Shown: piece after piece, positions 7,328-10,351 of the stretch
Numbering within the stretch: position 1 is the first letter of the stretch
Layout: each line of letters opens with the position of its first letter
From: Pseudothermotoga sp.
Lineage (GTDB): Bacteria > Thermotogota > Thermotogae > Thermotogales > DSM-5069
Assembly (NCBI GenBank): GCA_031962025.1
Contig: JAVRKW010000017.1
Direction: 5' to 3' (one strand)
DNA: 10,351 nucleotides
Notes under the pieces: model-generated
The model's database searches: none
Seen by the model: the letters and a program-made list of their open reading frames with translations, nothing else
Told to the model about the DNA's origin: nothing
Made by a program: the position numbers and the translations under genes

Positions 7328-8396
7328 CATTTTTATACCTGTAATAATAGTTCTTTTAATGATAATCGGTCTTTTTGCGATATACAGTGCCACCAGAAAC
7401 TATGGAACAGCCTTTGTCAGAAAACAGATAGTGTGGGATATGCTCGGCTTAGCTGTGTTCTTTTTGACGATCTTGCTCAGAGAAAGGGACTTACAAAAGC
7501 TCAGTTGGATACTGTATGTGTTTTGTATTCTCAGTTTGATACTGGTTCTTTTCTTTGGGACAGTTTCTGGAGGGGCACGGCGCTGGTTTGATTTGAAAGC
7601 CGGATATTTTCAGCCATCTGAGATTGCAAAGATCTGTGTGATTCTCATCAGTGCAACATTACTCATAAAAGCTTCGACAAAGTACATGTTTCTGTCGCTT
7701 TTAGCTGTTGGCGTTATCTGTTTACTCGTAGCAGTTGAACCTGATTTAGGAACAGCGATCTTACTTTTCATGCTGTGGTTTGTAATAGCTTTCTGCTCAA
7801 AAGTCCCGCTTAAACCCATCCTTGTAATGCTGATTTTTTTCATCGCATTGATGCCTTTGCTGTATTTTTTTGGTCTCAAGGAATATCAAAGAGAAAGAAT
7901 CATTTCTTTCCTTTCACCTTCAGCGTACAAACAGAGCAGTGCCTACAATGTGACCCAATCACTTCACACAATCGGCTCGGGTGGATTGTTAGGAAGAGGG
8001 TACTTAAAGGGTCTTTCGACAAACTGGGGATACGTACCCAAAAACCATACGGATTTCATCATATCAGTTATCGGCGAAGAGTTTGGTTTTTTGGGCATCA
8101 GCATCTGCTTGATTTTATATGCCCTGCTCAGTTTTAGAATAGCCAATGCGATAAGACTTGCGAAAAACGAATTCTGGCAGCTTGTGGACGTTGGTGTCAT
8201 GACTGTGTTTGTTTTGCAGGTTTTCGTGAATATCGGCATGGCAATGGGGTTAACGCCGGTGACAGGTATCCCACTACCATTCATAAGTTACGGCGGGTCC
8301 TCAACGCTTTTCTTTTGTGTCCAGCTCGGCATTGTTGAAAAATCCTATGCGGTGGGCAGAGCTGGCAGGGAAATGGAAGGAGGGCAACTGTGGTAA
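7302..8396 (+). CDS. rodA: SEDS-family peptidoglycan glycosyltransferase RodA
   Basis: Multi-TM protein with GARRW, FQPSEIAK, EPDLGT, LKEYQRERI, IGSGGLLGRG, HTDFI...GEEFGF and PVTGIPLPFISYGGSS. These variants fit RodA better than FtsW. Confidence 0.88.
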   Translation: MPWENRRFDIFIPVIIVLLMIIGLFAIYSATRNYGTAFVRKQIVWDMLGLAVFFLTILLRERDLQKLSWILYVFCILSLILVLFFGTVSGGARRWFDLKAGYFQPSEIAKICVILISATLLIKASTKYMFLSLLAVGVICLLVAVEPDLGTAILLFMLWFVIAFCSKVPLKPILVMLIFFIALMPLLYFFGLKEYQRERIISFLSPSAYKQSSAYNVTQSLHTIGSGGLLGRGYLKGLSTNWGYVPKNHTDFIISVIGEEFGFLGISICLILYALLSFRIANAIRLAKNEFWQLVDVGVMTVFVLQVFVNIGMAMGLTPVTGIPLPFISYGGSSTLFFCVQLGIVEKSYAVGRAGREMEGGQLW

Positions 8397-9016
8397 GAAA
8401 AAGAAGCGAATTTCTGGTGAGCTTTCTTGTGCTTTTGTTTATCATTGCTCTGATTAGCGGTCTTGCTCTTTCTGCGTTTTCGTTTTTTTACTACGTCAAA
8501 CAGAGAAAAAATCAGGAAGCATCGATTGAAAATCTGAATAAGAAAATAAGTGCACTGAGTGAAAGAATATCAAAACTCGAATCCTCCATAGGTGCAAATT
8601 CGGTTATCGACAAGTACATCTCCGCAGCCAATTTTCTTTCAAACACATCTGTAGACCTTGAAAAAATCGTCGAAGAACTGTACGATGATCCAACTACTGG
8701 CTACATAAGACTTTTTGTAATGGGACAGGAAAATGTGTGGGTTACCTTTAAAAAAGGCGATACAACTTATTTTTCAAGAGAACTGAAACCCGGACTGGCA
8801 CCGTACAAATTCTACTACTTCAAGTCACCTGCCATTCAGACACAGTACGCCATTCAGGTACCAAAAGACTGCACAATTGTCATCGGAAAGCCCGGCACAG
8901 TATGCTTTTTAGTCTATGGTGTGGGAACAAAACAGCATCCGACAAAGATAGTTACGTGGAAGGATACAAAAGTGAATAATCTGGAGACTGATTTTTCCCT
9001 TTACATACCAAAATGA
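8390..9016 (+). CDS. Single-TM membrane-anchored protein with a coiled coil and a RodZ-C-terminal (DUF4115)-like beta domain
   Basis: SD AAGGAGG at 8377-8383 precedes GTG 8390. The protein has a basic N-terminus, a hydrophobic helix and a heptad segment (IENLNKKISALSERISKLE). It then carries ENVWVTFKKGDTTYFSRELKPG...IVIGKPGTVCFLVYG. The CDS call is firm, while the domain call is pattern recognition only. Confidence 0.7.
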   Translation: MVRKRSEFLVSFLVLLFIIALISGLALSAFSFFYYVKQRKNQEASIENLNKKISALSERISKLESSIGANSVIDKYISAANFLSNTSVDLEKIVEELYDDPTTGYIRLFVMGQENVWVTFKKGDTTYFSRELKPGLAPYKFYYFKSPAIQTQYAIQVPKDCTIVIGKPGTVCFLVYGVGTKQHPTKIVTWKDTKVNNLETDFSLYIPK

Positions 9017-9036
9017 TACAGATTCTGGATAAAATT

Positions 9037-9070
9037 TTGCTACAAAGTACGGTGTGCTTTTGTTCTGCAA
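9037..9070 (+). terminator. Possible weak intrinsic terminator or hairpin
   Basis: AAAGTAC-GGT-GTGCTTT stem with a T-rich tail, extendable by TTGC/GCAA, 20 nt after the operon's last stop. The stem is AT-rich and weak. Confidence 0.3.
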
Positions 9071-9183
9071 GAGCTTCTTATGAAATAACCAGCAAAATGA
9101 GGAATTTGCCAGATAAAGAAAGAAATATCGCGATGGCTGGAAATTTTTAACTGTAAAATCCAAAAAATGGCGGTTTTTCGTGT

Positions 9184-9212
9184 TTGACTTGGTTTGATAG
9201 AAGTGATATGTT
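9184..9212 (+). promoter_or_regulatory. sigma70-type promoter of the ROK operon
   Basis: -35 TTGACT (9184-9189), a 17-bp spacer, extended TG (9204-9205) and -10 TATGTT (9207-9212). Confidence 0.75.
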
Positions 9213-9235
9213 AGTTGCAGGATGCAATCAACTAA
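9211..9235. promoter_or_regulatory. Palindromic operator, probable binding site of the adjacent ROK repressor
   Basis: TTAGTTG-N11-CAACTAA is a perfect 7-bp inverted repeat with a nested TTGCA-GGA-TGCAA (9215-9227). It overlaps the -10 element and the predicted transcription start. Confidence 0.75.
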
Positions 9236-9249
9236 AGGGGGAACAAGTC

Positions 9250-10314
9250 TTGATCAACCAGCTTCAACACGCTATACTCAGAACGCTGAGCAAAAACACA
9301 TCGACCGCGCAGAACCTTGCTGATAAACTCGGGGTAGACGAATCGACCATTTCAAGAAACCTGAGGTTTCTTCTTGAATGTGGGATTGTCATCGTTAAAG
9401 ATTATTTGACCCCTGGCAGTTCTGGCGGTAGAAGATCAAGGTTACTCTCCTTGAACCCAAACTGGTTGAAAATAGCAGGACTGTCCATAGAACAGGGCGA
9501 AATCAGCTCAGTTCTGGTTGATTTCATCAACCATGAATATTCAACTGATAAAAAAACCACAATCGTTAATTTTGAAAATTTGCAAAGAATAATTTGCGAG
9601 ACACTCAGTATGTACAAAGACGTAAATGCCGTCTCAATTGCCATCCCTGGATTGATAAACTCGTCGGAAAAATTAATCGTTTTTTCTCAGGCTTTGGATT
9701 TGAGAAAGTACCGTGTTGATTGGCTTAAGTTGCCATTTTTGATTTTAAACGACGCAAATGCCGCGGCGGCGAATTATTTAAACTATGCCAATAACCTTGT
9801 TTATTTTTTACTTTCAATCCCCTATGAACTTTCAAAGCCAGTTGGTCTTGGTTCGGGCATAATCGTTGAAGGTTCACTGTACGAAGGAAGCAACAATTCA
9901 GCCGGTGAATTGGGAGAAGGTATACCGCTTACGAGTTTGAAAGATCTGACAATAGAAGACCTTGAGAAAGACTACAGCGTACTTCTGAAAGATCAAAAAA
10001 GCCTGGACAAATTCAAAGAACATATAGCTTTTAAAATCGCAACGGTAGTTAATTTCATGGATCCAGAACTCTTCATTCTTGGCGGGGATTTCTATCTCCT
10101 TGGTGATGCAACCATAGAAGATATTGTCGGCAAAATAGAGGAATATGTTACTTTGAGAAGAATCAAAAAGATCAACTGGAAACTCGATAAAAACGGTTCA
10201 AAAACAGTTGCCTTTGGATCTGTGGTGGCTTTTTTGAAGAAATTCTTCAACGATCTGGATTTTGCCAATCTCGTTATACAGAACAGAGGGTGTGTGGATT
10301 ATGAGAGAACTTGA
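9250..10314 (+). CDS. ROK-family transcriptional repressor (ChiR-like), about 354 aa
   Basis: N-terminal wHTH (AQNLADKLGVDESTISRNLRFL...GGRRSRLL) and ROK motifs IAIPGLI, LNDANAAA, GLGSGII.EG.LYEG.NNSAGELG and FMDPELFILGG. The likely start is TTG 9250 after the SD AAAGGGGG. Confidence 0.9.
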   Translation: MINQLQHAILRTLSKNTSTAQNLADKLGVDESTISRNLRFLLECGIVIVKDYLTPGSSGGRRSRLLSLNPNWLKIAGLSIEQGEISSVLVDFINHEYSTDKKTTIVNFENLQRIICETLSMYKDVNAVSIAIPGLINSSEKLIVFSQALDLRKYRVDWLKLPFLILNDANAAAANYLNYANNLVYFLLSIPYELSKPVGLGSGIIVEGSLYEGSNNSAGELGEGIPLTSLKDLTIEDLEKDYSVLLKDQKSLDKFKEHIAFKIATVVNFMDPELFILGGDFYLLGDATIEDIVGKIEEYVTLRRIKKINWKLDKNGSKTVAFGSVVAFLKKFFNDLDFANLVIQNRGCVDYERT

Positions 10315-10351
10315 AAAGCTCTTTTTCTGTGGTGTATCGACTCTCAAAGAG
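10301..10351 (+). CDS. N-terminus of a probable GH3 beta-N-acetylglucosaminidase (CbsA/NagA-like), truncated by the window edge
   Basis: SD-like GAGGGTG precedes ATG 10301. The frame reads MRELEKLFFCGVSTLKE and stays open to the window end, overlapping the ROK gene by 14 nt. KLFFCG resembles the N-terminus of the Thermotoga GH3 enzyme as I recall it. Only 17 codons are visible. Confidence 0.55.
   Translation, partial: MRELEKLFFCGVSTLKE

Noticed and set aside
4778..9644. ORFs 4778-5266, 5903-6091, 6969-7163, 7610-7879, 7964-8284, 8909-9163 and 9402-9644
   Set aside because: They are antisense or alternate-frame overlaps of well-supported genes, with no motifs or clear SD.
9699..9709. 11-nt reverse-complement match (TTTGAGAAAGT) to the predicted guide region 228-238, inside the ROK gene
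   Set aside because: The match is short and AT-rich, and it misses the first seed positions. It is compatible with chance, so it is not evidence of RNA-guided regulation.
1..10351. CRISPR array, tRNA or rRNA genes
   Set aside because: I saw no regularly spaced direct repeats or tRNA/rRNA signatures, and the intergenic spaces are short and otherwise explained.

Overview
Mostly ordinary housekeeping DNA. The proteins resemble Thermotoga homologues as I recall them, so a Thermotogae origin is likely (inference, no search run). Bases 1-225, missed by the ORF track, are the 3' end of an IS200/IS605-family element: a TnpB C-terminus (xLKCG...DRDLNSAIN), a structured omega/reRNA-like region and a 19-bp subterminal hairpin ending in GGAGGTCA(A). 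The element sits in a metal-dependent amidohydrolase pseudogene (226-485) that also appears to carry a large internal deletion. A minus-strand operon follows: DUF2520/PanG-like reductase, panB, sbcD/mre11, sbcC/rad50 and a HEAT-repeat gene. A divergent plus-strand operon encodes a TtuA-like tRNA thiolase, RodA and a membrane-anchored protein with a RodZ-like C-terminal domain but no HTH. The window ends with a clear sigma70 promoter and palindromic operator, a ROK repressor (ChiR-like) and the first 17 codons of a probable GH3 beta-N-acetylglucosaminidase. The best leads are the TnpB/omegaRNA end with its predictable guide, the headless RodZ-like protein coupled to rodA, and the HEAT-repeat gene coupled to sbcCD. 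The sequence alone does not show that any of these is a new system.
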